Of a DNA stretch of 64,000 nt, positions 49,254 to 60,562 are shown in pieces. The DNA is from Macrostomum lignano (taxonomy: Eukaryota). The stretch is from positions 1 to 64,000 of the forward strand of contig NIVC01001565.1 of NCBI GenBank assembly GCA_002269645.1, written 5' to 3'. The position numbers and the translations under genes are program-made. Each line of letters starts with the position of its first letter. Position 1 is the stretch's first letter. The notes below the pieces were generated by a model that was not told where the DNA came from, did not search any database, and saw only the letters and a list, made by a program, of their open reading frames with translations.

Positions 49254-50378
49254 ATGTGGAATAACGACGACTACCTGGAACTACGTGGACGTCTCGTCGG
49301 ACGACGGCGCAACGCAGGCGACGAGGCAGCTTCCGTTTCTACAGAGTCTACGAACGCGTCCAACCCCTTCGTGTCGATGACCACAGTCAGCGAAGCCACA
49401 AATCCCTTCCTCGTTGCCAACGACCTTCAGAGGGCACACTCGGCGGAAGTCTCAACCAACCCGTTCCTTGAAGACATCGACCAAGCGTCAGGGCAGGCCT
49501 CAGCAATGCAGCAGTACGCCTATCCTCCAGCTCACGGATACGCAGCGCTGCCAGACTACAATCCAGTACCGGCTCTTCCGCCAGTACCTAAGCCTGCACC
49601 GTACAACGGTCGGGAGGATTTCGACGACTTTCTCATCAGGATCAGCGCCTATATTAGCCGGTTCCCAGGCCTTCGAGACGCCGACAAGATCAACACCCTG
49701 ACTGCGTTCCTCGGACCGGCTTTTGCAACGTACACCACCTGGCTGGCGATCCAGTGTGCCTACGTCGGACTGCCACCGGGGACAACCCTGGACCAGCTAC
49801 CTGGTGTCCGCTATGAGGGCCTCGTTGAACACCTCCGGTCTCGTCACGGCGGGGCCAAGAGTGCAGCGTTACTTCGCCGCGAGTTCCGTGCTCGGCAGCG
49901 TCGACCAGAGGAGAGCTTCGAAACGTACCTGACGGAGCTTCAACGGCTAGCTGCAAGGGCATACCCGGACCCAAGAGCTCAGGCTTACGTCCAACAGACA
50001 GTTAGCGAGCAGTTCATGCATGGTCTCAATGACGGCTACGTCACCGAGCGACTACTGAATCAACCAACACCACCAAGCACTGTGGAGCAGGTTCTACGAA
50101 TAGCCCAGCAGCTTCGAGAAACCCGGGCCTACATGGATGCTGGCCGTGGCGAAATCCAGCCCCAGCAACCGAGACCACCACAGAGCCAACTTTCAGCGCC
50201 ACCGAAACCACTAATGCCTCAGCAGCCTGCCTCATCTGGCGGTCGCGGACAGCAACGACAGCAATCACCGGCTAGTTCCAACTGTTTCGGCTGCGGTCAG
50301 CCGGGCCACATCCGACGCAATTGCCCAAACGCCGAGGGGGCTGGTTCACGAGGCCAGCACCGGCCCTCTCAGCACTAA
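49254..50378 (+). CDS. gag: Gag polyprotein with a CCHC zinc knuckle
   Basis: First ATG at 49254. Capsid-like region (PYNGREDFDDFL..., RRQRPEES..YLTELQRLA) and CFGCGQPGHIRRNC. Confidence 0.93.
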   Translation: MWNNDDYLELRGRLVGRRRNAGDEAASVSTESTNASNPFVSMTTVSEATNPFLVANDLQRAHSAEVSTNPFLEDIDQASGQASAMQQYAYPPAHGYAALPDYNPVPALPPVPKPAPYNGREDFDDFLIRISAYISRFPGLRDADKINTLTAFLGPAFATYTTWLAIQCAYVGLPPGTTLDQLPGVRYEGLVEHLRSRHGGAKSAALLRREFRARQRRPEESFETYLTELQRLAARAYPDPRAQAYVQQTVSEQFMHGLNDGYVTERLLNQPTPPSTVEQVLRIAQQLRETRAYMDAGRGEIQPQQPRPPQSQLSAPPKPLMPQQPASSGGRGQQRQQSPASSNCFGCGQPGHIRRNCPNAEGAGSRGQHRPSQH

Positions 50379-53300
50379 CGCATTCGGCCTCAACACCACG
50401 CCTCAGCAGCTGCCAGCCTGGCCAGGTGCGCTTCGTCACAGCGCGCATCCTTAGACGACGGCGCCACTGTCTGATCGACACCGGGGCAGAGGTGTCCTGC
50501 ATCAGCGATGACATATGTAAGAAAGCTAGGCGGCGGCTGCAGCCCAGCAGCATCATCATAAGAGGCGTGGATGGCAACCTACAGTCTGTGCTGGGCGAGA
50601 CTACTTTGGCAGTGACTCTGGGAACCGTACAAGTCCATCATCGTTTCGTCGTACTCGAGAAGCTTCACCCGACGTCCGTCATCCTGGGCTGTGACTTCCT
50701 CAGTGAACACGACGTCTCGGTCCATCTCCAAGCCGGTTGCATCACTTTCAACAGCCTAGGCGTGTCGATTCCAGCTCGAAAAAGTAAAGAGGCAGCACAG
50801 ACCTGCAAGCTCGTATCAGCGGCCTCCGTGCAGCTGCAGCCAGGGGAGCGCTGGATAATCCCCGTTAAACCAGCAAAGTCGGCCTCGTGGACGCGATCGG
50901 AGTGTCCAGGAGTCGTCACCGGCACAAGATCACAGGGGCTCCTGGTGGGTCGTTGTGTTGCCAAGCTGGTCGAGAGAGGCATGGGCCTAGCAGTCATCAA
51001 CGTCGACGACCACACGGTCAACATCAGCGACGGCGACATTGTTGGCATCTTTTCCCCGTTAGGAAGTCAGCCATTTGTTCAGCAATCGGGTGCCGCTGGC
51101 AGCACGGCGGCGACGGCCGCTGGCAGCACGGCGGCGACGGCCGCTGGCAGCACGGCGGCGACGGCCGCTGGCAGCACGGCGGCGACGGCCGCTGGCAGCA
51201 CGGCGGCGACGGTCGCGGTCAGCACGGCTACATCAACAACAGCTTTAGCGACGGACTTACCTCGCACCAACTGGCTGAACGACGTGCACATCGAAAGCTC
51301 TATCTCCGTCGAAGAGCAACAGTCGGTCAAGGATTTGCTGTTAGAGTTCAGCACCGTTTTTGCATCCCCTGGCAATGCTGGTCGAACTGCAGTCCTGCAG
51401 CATCGCATCGACACCGGCGGGGCAAGGCCGATCCGGCAGGGTTTGCGGCGTGCAGCGCGTCCAGTCATCGACAAGCAGGCCGAATTGATCGACGACATGC
51501 TGACCAAAGGAGTAATCCGGCCGTCTTCATCGCCTTGGGCTTCGCCAATCGTGCTTGTTCGTAAGAAGGACGGGACAGCGCGCTTTTGCTTAGACTATCG
51601 ACTGCTCAATGAGGTCACCAAGCCGGACGCTTTTCCAATTCCGAGGATCGACGACACACTCGATGCGCTGCAAGGCAACGCCTACTTCTCGGCACTCGAT
51701 CTGGAGAGTGGCTACTGGCAGGTTGAGGTCGAGGAGCGCGACAAAGAGAAAACTGCTTTCATCTGCCATCAAGGCCTCTTCGAGTTCAACGTCATGCCGT
51801 TTGGTCTGCGCAATGCCCCGGCAACCTTTCAACGCCTCATGCAGCTGGTGCTCCAAGGCCTGACCTGGCAAGCGTGCCTGGTCTTCATCGACGACGTTAT
51901 TGTCATGGGCCGGACTATCGAGGAGCACAACTATCGGCTGCGGGCGGTGTTCGAGCGGCTGCGGGACGCGAACCTACGCTTGAAGCCATCTAAATGCCAT
52001 TTCGCCAACACCACGATGATCGTCTTGGGCCATCGAGTTTCCAAGTCGGGTATCACCGTCGACGAGTCAAAGACTGCTGCGATCCGAGACTGGCCTACAT
52101 CCCGAACTTCCAAGGAGGTCAAGAGCTTCCTAGGTCTCGCAGCCTACTATAGACGGTTCATTCGGGATTATTCAAAGATCGCCGAGCCGCTACGACGCCT
52201 GACGGTTCCGACAGAAAGGTTTCAGTGGACGTCCAAGGCCCAAGAAGCATTCGACCAACTGAAGGCAACACTGACCTCTGCTCCAATCCTCGCCTTCCCG
52301 GATACTAGTGCGACCAGCTCGGAGTTCATTCTGGACACTGACGCCAGCGACTGCGCCATTGGTGCGGTACTCTCTCAACTGCAGGCGGGCGAAGAACGAG
52401 TCATCGCGTACTCCAGCAGAGCACTAACAAAAGCCGAGCGCAACTACTGTGTAACGAGGCGGGAGCTGCTGTCCGTCGTTGAGCATGTCAGGAAGTTCCG
52501 GAATTACCTGCTGCCTCGGAAGTTCACCGTGCGGGTCGATCATCAGTCTCTAACGCACCTGCTGACATTCAAGGAGCCCGAAGGTCAACTCGCGCGGTGG
52601 CTGCAGACGCTAGACGAGTTCGACTTCAGAGTACTCTATCGGCCGGGCCGTCAACACAACAACGCCGATGCGCTGTCCCGTCAGCAGCAGCGCTGTACCA
52701 ACCAGTGTCGGGTGTGTCGACCAACAAATGAGACCACCAGCAGGACGACATCCTCGGTTGCCTGCCAGACCGACGCCAACAGTGATGCCGCCGCTGCCGC
52801 CCAGATCAACGCAGTGACCATCAAGCTAGTGTCGACGGCTACCGACGAAGCTGTTCAGACCGACAATGTGCATGTCTGCGTCGGCACCGTGCCATCAAGG
52901 CGCAAGCAAATCCATCAGCCCCGGTCGGACGACAGCGAAGAAAGCAGCAGCAGCGAGGACGACACCAACGAAGATGAATCCGCAGCGCCAGCGGCAGACA
53001 ACAGGCCACCGACGCTACGTATGCTTCAGCTGCAGGATCCGGTTATCAGTCCGGTGTTCCGACTGCTGGCCGACGGCAAGACTAGGTTTACCGACCGACA
53101 ACGCGACCGAGTACCGCCGGAGAGCCTGGTGCTGGCGCAGAAGGTGCATGACTTGTGTTTCGTGAACGGTACACTGCACAGGCTGGTCAACACAAAGCCA
53201 GTACCCGTCATTCCCCGCTGCCGACAACGCGAATTTGTCGACGAGATTCACAACGTCGGCCACCTGGGCGAAGTCAAGACGCTGGCCAGCCTAAAGACGC

Positions 53301-54364
53301 GTTGCTACTGGCCAAAAATGTCGGAGAGCGTCCGGTTGGCCGTTCGGTCATGCCAGGTTTGCCAGCGGGCAAAGACTCCGGTTATCAAGCGGGCGCCGCT
53401 ACAGTCCATCACTGCAGGGTTTCCAATGCAGCGTGTCGGGTTCGACATTGTCAAGGTCGGCGCTTCCAGAAACGGCAACGATCGGATCCTGAGCATCGTC
53501 GACTACTTCAGCAAGTGGACGGAGCTGGTGCCGATTCCGGACGAGAAGGCGACGACAATTGCCAAGGCCCTCTTCAACAACTGGATCTCCAGGTGGGGTG
53601 CTCCGCATATTCTCCACTCCGACCGCGGCAAGAGCATCGATGGCCGCATCATTCGCAGTCTCTGTACACTATTGGAGGTCGACAAGACTCGAACGTCGGG
53701 CTATCATCCTCAATGTGACGGCCTCGTGGAGAGATTTCATCGGACACTCCATCAGATGTTGCGCTGCCACCTTCAAACTGTCGATCCGCTGGACTGGGAG
53801 GACGCCCTGCCGTACTGTCTCCTAGCCTATCGAAGCAGCATCAGCGCGACGACCGGATTTTCCCCACATTTCCTGATGACGGGCCGGGAGGTGGTTCTGC
53901 CATTGGACGTTGTCTATCGGTCCCCAGAGCCTCCATCCGTCGTCGGCCAGTACGCAGTAGAGACCATTCAACGACTGCAGGACGCCTTTGACGCTGTGCG
54001 GAGGTCAACTGGCGCGGCTCAACGACGGCAGAAGCGGTACTACGATCTGAAAGCCCAGAAGCGCAAGTTTCGCACCGGCGATCTAGTGTGGCTGTTCGTT
54101 CCGCCTGCTGTGCTGTCCAGGACCAACTGTCTGCCTCCGAAGCATCAATCACCGTGGACAGGCCCATTTAAAGTCATGCGCAAGACATCACCTGTCAACT
54201 ACTTGGTGCGGCCGATCAATTACACGGACGGGGAGATCAAGGGGCGCGTCGTGCATGTCAACAAGTTGAAGCGAGCGTGTCTGCAACGGACCCAGTCTGT
54301 TCAGCGTGCTGATCAGGACGCCAGTAGTGACGATGAAGGGCAACTTGTTGACGCTGAGGACTGA
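50321..54364 (+). CDS. pol: Pol polyprotein (protease, RT, RNase H, integrase) in the -1 frame relative to gag
   Basis: LIDTGAEVS protease, SPWASPIVLV..KKDG..RFCLDYR, FIDDVI, ILDTDASD, the HHCC region (HNVGH..CQVC), DDE core and C-terminal WTGPF. The 1347-aa frame is uninterrupted. Confidence 0.96.
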   Translation: MPKRRGGWFTRPAPALSALTHSASTPRLSSCQPGQVRFVTARILRRRRHCLIDTGAEVSCISDDICKKARRRLQPSSIIIRGVDGNLQSVLGETTLAVTLGTVQVHHRFVVLEKLHPTSVILGCDFLSEHDVSVHLQAGCITFNSLGVSIPARKSKEAAQTCKLVSAASVQLQPGERWIIPVKPAKSASWTRSECPGVVTGTRSQGLLVGRCVAKLVERGMGLAVINVDDHTVNISDGDIVGIFSPLGSQPFVQQSGAAGSTAATAAGSTAATAAGSTAATAAGSTAATAAGSTAATVAVSTATSTTALATDLPRTNWLNDVHIESSISVEEQQSVKDLLLEFSTVFASPGNAGRTAVLQHRIDTGGARPIRQGLRRAARPVIDKQAELIDDMLTKGVIRPSSSPWASPIVLVRKKDGTARFCLDYRLLNEVTKPDAFPIPRIDDTLDALQGNAYFSALDLESGYWQVEVEERDKEKTAFICHQGLFEFNVMPFGLRNAPATFQRLMQLVLQGLTWQACLVFIDDVIVMGRTIEEHNYRLRAVFERLRDANLRLKPSKCHFANTTMIVLGHRVSKSGITVDESKTAAIRDWPTSRTSKEVKSFLGLAAYYRRFIRDYSKIAEPLRRLTVPTERFQWTSKAQEAFDQLKATLTSAPILAFPDTSATSSEFILDTDASDCAIGAVLSQLQAGEERVIAYSSRALTKAERNYCVTRRELLSVVEHVRKFRNYLLPRKFTVRVDHQSLTHLLTFKEPEGQLARWLQTLDEFDFRVLYRPGRQHNNADALSRQQQRCTNQCRVCRPTNETTSRTTSSVACQTDANSDAAAAAQINAVTIKLVSTATDEAVQTDNVHVCVGTVPSRRKQIHQPRSDDSEESSSSEDDTNEDESAAPAADNRPPTLRMLQLQDPVISPVFRLLADGKTRFTDRQRDRVPPESLVLAQKVHDLCFVNGTLHRLVNTKPVPVIPRCRQREFVDEIHNVGHLGEVKTLASLKTRCYWPKMSESVRLAVRSCQVCQRAKTPVIKRAPLQSITAGFPMQRVGFDIVKVGASRNGNDRILSIVDYFSKWTELVPIPDEKATTIAKALFNNWISRWGAPHILHSDRGKSIDGRIIRSLCTLLEVDKTRTSGYHPQCDGLVERFHRTLHQMLRCHLQTVDPLDWEDALPYCLLAYRSSISATTGFSPHFLMTGREVVLPLDVVYRSPEPPSVVGQYAVETIQRLQDAFDAVRRSTGAAQRRQKRYYDLKAQKRKFRTGDLVWLFVPPAVLSRTNCLPPKHQSPWTGPFKVMRKTSPVNYLVRPINYTDGEIKGRVVHVNKLKRACLQRTQSVQRADQDASSDDEGQLVDAED

Positions 54365-54628
54365 CTAACGCAGATTGAGGGCTGACTGACTGGTATTAGC
54401 CAACAATTTTGCTTTATATACTCGTAGGTCGTACGTCTAGGACTTTTTAATAGCGTTAATCTATTAGCTTGGCAATCCTGATTTAGGTTTAATTGTTCGA
54501 AACCCGGTTATCTCGATTTGTTCTATTAGCTATCAGCTGGTTCTGTTCTTCCCTATAGCAGTAGCTTTCATCTGTCGTTCCACCCCTTGGGTTTAATGAG
54601 GACATTAAACTGTTGAAAGGGGAGCTTT

Positions 54629-54985
54629 TGTAATAGTGCTCAATTTGCGTGCGCGTGCACTTCTAGTGTTTTCTCCGTATTTCTTTCTGCGTCACCCCAC
54701 CCCTGCGTATAGCCTTTTCTAGAAATTCCTTTTTGTTTCTGATTGGCTGAAAACGCGTGAATAACGAGCCCCAACCAATAGAGTGCTTAGTGCCTACCCT
54801 ATCGGCGAAATCCGATTGGTTAGGATTTTCTAAGCTGCGTTTTTCACCCTGCCCTCCCCCATCGCGGTCAGTCTATTTAATCAAGCAAGCTGGAACGCAA
54901 ATAAATCAAGTTTTGAAGTTGAAGTTGAAGTTTTTCTCTGACTAAAGAAGTCCCGGCAGTTCAAACTCAAGAATACGCGGCTACA
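54629..54985 (+). repeat. 3' LTR of the Gypsy element
   Basis: Same sequence as 48873-49229. Confidence 0.96.
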
Positions 54986-55314
54986 GCTATCTTTTTCATA
55001 GAAATGCACGAATTCTAATACGGTATCATGATATTACGTTATTGACATCGTTCGATGAATATGAGCGTAGCTATCGAGAAATTTGCATGCTAGATCATAC
55101 TACAAGTACCTATGTTTTGGAAAACATCAAAACATCGGGGGACCGAGATTAGCAGCAGATTTCACTGGCTACGATTGACGGCACAAGCTCTGCTAGGATT
55201 TGGGTTGGGTATGGATAATTTCAGATGAATGTTTGCGCATTTAGTACGTTCTCGAGAACGCATAGTGCTGATTGAGTTTCTGCTGAAAAAATCCGATTTC
55301 TTAAGAGCATACCA

Positions 55315-55453
55315 TGCCCCCCATCAGCCACGGCCAAAAAAATTTGGGCCATCCTTTTTTGCCTGCAACTGTATGCCAGGTCTATTTTTCAATAGGTTGT
55401 AGGGCTTGATAATTGCTTGCGGCCCCCCCTCAAAAATTTTCTGGATCCGCGCC
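55315..55453 (-). mobile_element. Truncated MITE with one CAGGCGCGGATCCAG terminus
   Basis: CTGGATCCGCGCCTG end at about 55439-55453 resembles hAT-MITE termini. The partner TIR was not found. Confidence 0.4.
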
Positions 55454-56114
55454 TGAGAGCATACTAAATGCACTACTGATGCAACAAAAAAATATATGTT
55501 TCTTCGAGCCTCCAGCTCATATATGAGAAAATCGAGTGTGCATCGATTCCGTATTGTATACTGTACGAGCTCTGATTTTGAGGCCTCAGCATGCAGGCTG
55601 CAAAGTTTATAGCTTTTTAGCATATTTCTTCCCCGATGAGACTGAATAAATTGTCCGAACTTAAGTACGGTTCATGTGTTCTCTCTATACAGCTCGAGTG
55701 TTTGGTTTCCGATGCCAACAACAATGAGCCATGCCACACACTTCACTCTCCCTAGAGGACATTCTGTTTCTCAAACTTAGCAGATCTTGTCTCTGTGCCA
55801 TTATTAGCAGATCTTCTCAATCTGCTAGGTTCTTGCAGGATCTTCTAAAGATGGAGGTACATTTGTTTTGTTATTCATTTAGCTAAAGTGTTCTGACTGA
55901 ACTATACTCGTATTTTATTTTTTGACAAGATGGGACAGTAAATTTAAGAAAATATGCGATTCGAAGCAATAAAAAAGATATAAATAAAAGATAAGATCTT
56001 GTACGATGTAGCAAGTCGCGCAGATCTGGTAAGTTTACCTTTTAAGTATTATTATAGCAAAGATCTTGCACGTTCTTGCAAGTACTTGCGCAGCAACCCA
56101 AGAAGATAGACAAG

Positions 56115-56230
56115 GGGCCCGTTCTATAAAGCCAGCGTAAGATAAGATCGTTCTTAGCTCCTATCACCGCAGTGTAAAAGTTCCGACGTACGATCGAACT
56201 TACGCTACGACAGCTTTATAGTACGACCCC
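56115..56230. mobile_element. 116-bp MITE with 18-bp imperfect TIRs and AAG 3-bp TSD (Harbinger-like)
   Basis: GGGCCCGTTCTATAAAGC / GCTTTATAGTACGACCCC, with AAG on both sides. Confidence 0.65.
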
Positions 56231-57383
56231 AAGATCTGCTAAGAATCAACAAGTCAATGTCTTCTAGGGCTATCTCATTATTCTCGCTATACTTTCATAG
56301 CATCGGAACTCGCAACTGCCTACTAACAAAAGTACATGTAGTGCGTAAGTTTTAGACACAATAGGCTCCGCTCGAGTTCTCGTGTGATAGATATTTATAA
56401 TTGTTTTTTTCGGCGAATAATATAATTATCGACATGTGAATACGCTCGTAGCACACAGTTCAGCTGGTATAGCTCGTGGTTTGCACACGAATTGCTCTGA
56501 AGAAAAGGTATATTTCATGACAAAAAATGTGGCCCTTAGTGAAAATTAAAGTATTTTGTACGCACATGTATTCCGTTAAACATCAATGCCTTTAACTATG
56601 GATCTGTATACACTATAAATAATTGTTTGCGGCACTTATGCAACCGAAATCTATTTTTATAGCAATATTTTGCTTTGAATCTGCATTCGCTAGAGAAAAT
56701 CTCAATACATGTACACACTCTTCGTAAGCTGTTTTGAGCAAATTAGATTTATAGATTTATAGAAATTGAGAAGCTATCGGCGTGCATGTATCGATGCAGC
56801 TCGGAGAGAGTATGGCTCCAATGGCATGGCCTGAAATTGGTCCATTCAGCGAGAGCCACTTTAGCCATTCTTTCCCCTCTTAACTACTCCTTCAAGCTCT
56901 TTCCCCATCCCTTTCTGAATGATATCTGGGATGAGGAGGACGCAGGCCCTGGGCTAATATCCTATCTGAGCAAACTGGTGAACAAGACAAGCAAGTAAAT
57001 GAGATCAATAGCTGGCAAAGCAGTTCGGCATTGGTAGAGGTTTGGAATAGAACAATTTGCCAGAAAATTCAGTTTGTGCTCGAGTAATCCAGTTGCTGTA
57101 TAGGCTGGGCACGCCGATCTCTGTCTGTCGGTCTGTCCGAAGCCCCCAGTCCCCAATTTGGCGCATTGTGTCAAGTACAATTCCCTGCTTAAGTGGTCCA
57201 AAGCTTCTTCTCGCTTTGATGAGTGCGGCCTAATGCAATTGGTTTGGGCCCTTTATCAGCCCGCCCAGGGTTCTGATCTGCTTATTGAGGTCCAACTGTC
57301 TCTGAAGCCCTCTGTGTCCTGTCTGCGCTATTATATGCCAATATATTCCCGGGCACCGCCAATGCACCACCAACGAACGATCA

Positions 57384-57780
57384 CAGGGGCGTCGCCATGG
57401 ATTTAATGGTGAGGGGGACAAAGCCAAGAATTCAACATGTACATGACTAAATTTTCGTACTCATTTTAGCGCCGCAGGCACTCATTTTAGCGCCGCAGGC
57501 ACTCATTTTAGCGCCTCAGGCACTCATTTTAGCACCGCAGGCACTCATTTTAGCGCCGCAGGCACTCATTTTAGCACCGCAGGCACTCATTTTAGCGCCG
57601 CAGGCACTCATTTTAGCGCCGCAGACAGTCATTTGGGCGCCGAAGACGCTATAATTTGGCGCACTGTAGAAAAATTACTGATTACCACAAGGGGGGTGGG
57701 GGGGGACAAAGCATTGGCATGTCCCCCCCAGAGCTTTTACTGGGGGGGGACATGTCCCCCCCCCGGTGGCGACGCGCCTG
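57384..57780. mobile_element. 397-bp hAT-type MITE carrying a 21-bp tandem repeat
   Basis: TIR CAGGGGCGTCGCCA / TGGCGACGCGCCTG (13/14) and a perfect 8-bp TSD AACGATCA. Internal (GCACTCATTTTAGCGCCGCAG) x about 7. Confidence 0.9.
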
Positions 57781-57859
57781 AACGATCAAGTCAACGCGAT
57801 GCATGCAAAATATAGTCTTATCTTTGTTGATGGGTTGGGTTCAAGTGGATAAATTTTGC

Positions 57860-58275
57860 GATTCTTCCAGAGTGACGACTTTCTACACCCTACGATTCTT
57901 CCAGAGTGACGACTTTCTGCACCCTGCGATTCTTCCAAAGTGACGACTTTCTACACCCTGAGGCTCTTCCAGAGTGACGACTTTCTGCATGGACCCTGAG
58001 TTTCTTCCAGAGTGAAGACTTTCTGCACCCTGCGATTCTTCCAGAGTGACGACTTTCTACACCCTGCGATTCTTCCAGAGTGACGACTTTCTACACCCTG
58101 CGATTCTTCCAGAGTGACGACTTTCTGCACCCTGCGATTCTTCCAGAGTGACGACTTTCTGCACCCTGCGATTCTTCCAGAGTGACGACTTTCTACACCC
58201 TGAGGTTCTTCCAGAGTGACGACTTTCTACACCCTGCGATTCTTCCAGAGTGACGACTTTCTACACCCTGCGATT
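57860..58275. repeat. 34-bp minisatellite (CGATTCTTCCAGAGTGACGACTTTCTACACCCTG)n
   Basis: About 12 tandem copies. Confidence 0.93.
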
Positions 58276-58819
58276 TGTACACCACGCAGACCGACCGATC
58301 TTCTGCCCAAAATTTGCTTTATTTTTCGCATTAAAAATGACTTGGCGGCTATTGCTACCTAAAAGGAGCTGTGGAATTTTCCTGTCGCACCTTTGTTGTT
58401 TCAGCGCAACTCTGCCTAGGAGAATTCCTGCACTGTGGGAATGCAGGGCAGAACAATAACCCCAAGTGGGGGACTCAATTTATTCGACTTCTTTTCTTAG
58501 AATAAAGAACTGCATTTAGGAGAGAGAGAAAATGGCCACCTGCTCGGTTGGCTACGGGTAAATTGAAGAAAAAATGGTCCCAGGGGGGGGGCAATGCGCA
58601 CACAGACCGATCAAGGCGAGGGGTGGGGCACCAGGGAGCTTTCATAGAGAAGAATGGCGGAGCAGTTTTAGGCCGGCCACTGAGAGCTGAACTGTGCTCA
58701 TTTTAACGGTCGGCTCGACTAAGGAGTTCCACAAACAGGAGCCCGGAGATGTGACACTCCACTAAGCCTCCGTTTGCAGACAATTGAAAGCTGACTGTAC
58801 ACTTGGCGACTATCCACGG

Positions 58820-59268
58820 TAACCTAAACCCTAACCTAAACCATAACCTAAAACCCAACCCTAACCTAAACCATAACCTAAAACCCAATCCTAACCTAAA
58901 ACCCAACCCTAACCTTAAACCCTAACATAAGACCCAATCCTAACCTAAAACCCAACCCTAACCTAAAATCCTAACATAAGACCCAACCCTAACCTAAAAC
59001 CCAACCCTAACCTAAAACCCAACCCTAACCTAAACTCTAACATAAGACCCAATCCTAACCTAAAACCCAACCCTAACCTAAAACCCTAACATAAGACCCA
59101 ATCCTAACCTAAAACCCAACCCTAACCTAAAACCCTAACATAAGACCCAATCCTAACCTAAAACCCAACCCTAACATAAACCTCAACATAAACCCTAGCC
59201 TAAACCCTAACCTAAAACCAACCCCAGCCTAAACCCTAACTTAAAACCCAACCCTAACCAAAACCTAA
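58820..59268. repeat. Degenerate CCCTAA/CCTAAC-rich (telomere-like) tandem repeat
   Basis: AAACCCAACCCTAACCTAA-type units with scattered perfect CCCTAA hexamers. Confidence 0.85.
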
Positions 59269-59824
59269 AGGCTCTTCAGATTTATCGTGACAGTTGGCAA
59301 AGCTGTCTGTTGAGCACAAAATGCACGAATCGATTGCAACTAAAATCGTTGAGGTATTAAAAAAAACTTCTTAACGTCTAGTAGAAAAATCCAGTCAGCC
59401 TAAAATCGAAGGAAGCTGGGGGGTCCCGGAGTTACTCGAAACCGGGTTCTGCTTCTGGGTCTCCTCGACTCGAGCCACGTCGCTCAGTGAATCGGCTATT
59501 TGCTCGCGATAAATAGAAACTACAACAGACGGCTATTATAACTGGCTGATGAAGAGCAGGGAGCGGATTTCTAAGAATCCAGGGCGCCGAATAAATTATT
59601 TAACTGGCCGGGCAATTGGGTTTTTTTGGCGTGGAGCTCTGCATTTTGTTAATCCCGGGTGGAAATTAACTCTAGGAAGCATCTGATTCTCCTTTGTTTC
59701 TTTGCGGAGATATAAAAATTTTGGGTAAATCCTCGGGACTCTATTCCTTAAGCGGAGGGGTATGGTTGCTGGCTATCTCAGTTGCATGACAACTCATTTA
59801 ATGAGCAGTCAGTGTGAATCAGTC

Positions 59825-60562
59825 TTATCGCAGGCACTCATTTTGGCGCCGCGGTAGATACTCATTTTGGCGCCACAGGCACTCATTTTGGCGCCACAGG
59901 CACTCATTTTGGCGCCACAGTAGGTACTCATTTTGGCGCCTCAGTAGGTACTCATTTTGGCGCCACTGGCACTCATTTTGGCGCCACTGGCACTCATTTT
60001 GGCGCCACATGCACTCATTTTGGCGCCTCAGTAGGTACTCATTTTGGCGCCACTGGCACTCATTTTGGTGCCACAGGCACTCACTTTGGTGCCACAGGCA
60101 CTCATTTTGGCGCCACATGCACTCATTTTGGCGCCTCAGTAGGTACTCATTTTGGCGCCACTGGCACTCATTTTGGTGCCACAGGCACTCACTTTGGTGC
60201 CACAGGCACTCATTTTGGCGCCACATGCACTCATTTTGGCGCCTCAGTAGGTACTCATTTTGGCGCCACTGGCACTCATTTTGGTGCCACAGGCACTCAC
60301 TTTGGTGCCACAGGCACTCATTTTGGCGCCACAGGCACTCATTTTGGTGCCACAGGCACTCATTTTGGCGCCACAGGCACTCATTTTGGCGCCACAGGCA
60401 CTCATTTTGGCGCCACAGGCACTCATTTTAGCGCCGCATGCACTCATTTTAGCGCCGCAGGCACTCATTTTGGTGCCACAGGCACTCATTTTGGCGCCAC
60501 AGGCACTCATTTTGGTGCCACAGGCACTCATTTTGGCGCCACAGGCACTCATTTTGGCGCCT
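59825..60562. repeat. 21-bp minisatellite (CACTCATTTTGGCGCCACAGG)n, about 35 copies, related to the hAT-MITE internal repeat
   Basis: Unit nearly identical to that at 57475-57630. Confidence 0.93.

Larger units (their letters stand above)
48873..54985 (+). mobile_element. Intact Ty3/Gypsy LTR retrotransposon (6.1 kb)
   Basis: 357-bp TG...CA LTRs (48873-49229, 54629-54985) that are identical by eye, and a GCTA 4-bp TSD. PBS-like TGGCGACC at 49231 and a polypurine tract GAAAGGGGAG before the 3' LTR. Domain order is gag-PR-RT-RH-IN. Confidence 0.97.

Noticed and set aside
54100-54628. Chromodomain or env gene in the Gypsy element
   Set aside because: Pol ends shortly after the GPF module, and only about 260 nt of non-coding DNA precede the 3' LTR.
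57210-57275. C/D-box snoRNA candidate (TGATGA ... CTGA)
   Set aside because: There is no convincing terminal stem, host intron or recognisable rRNA guide, and such short boxes occur by chance.
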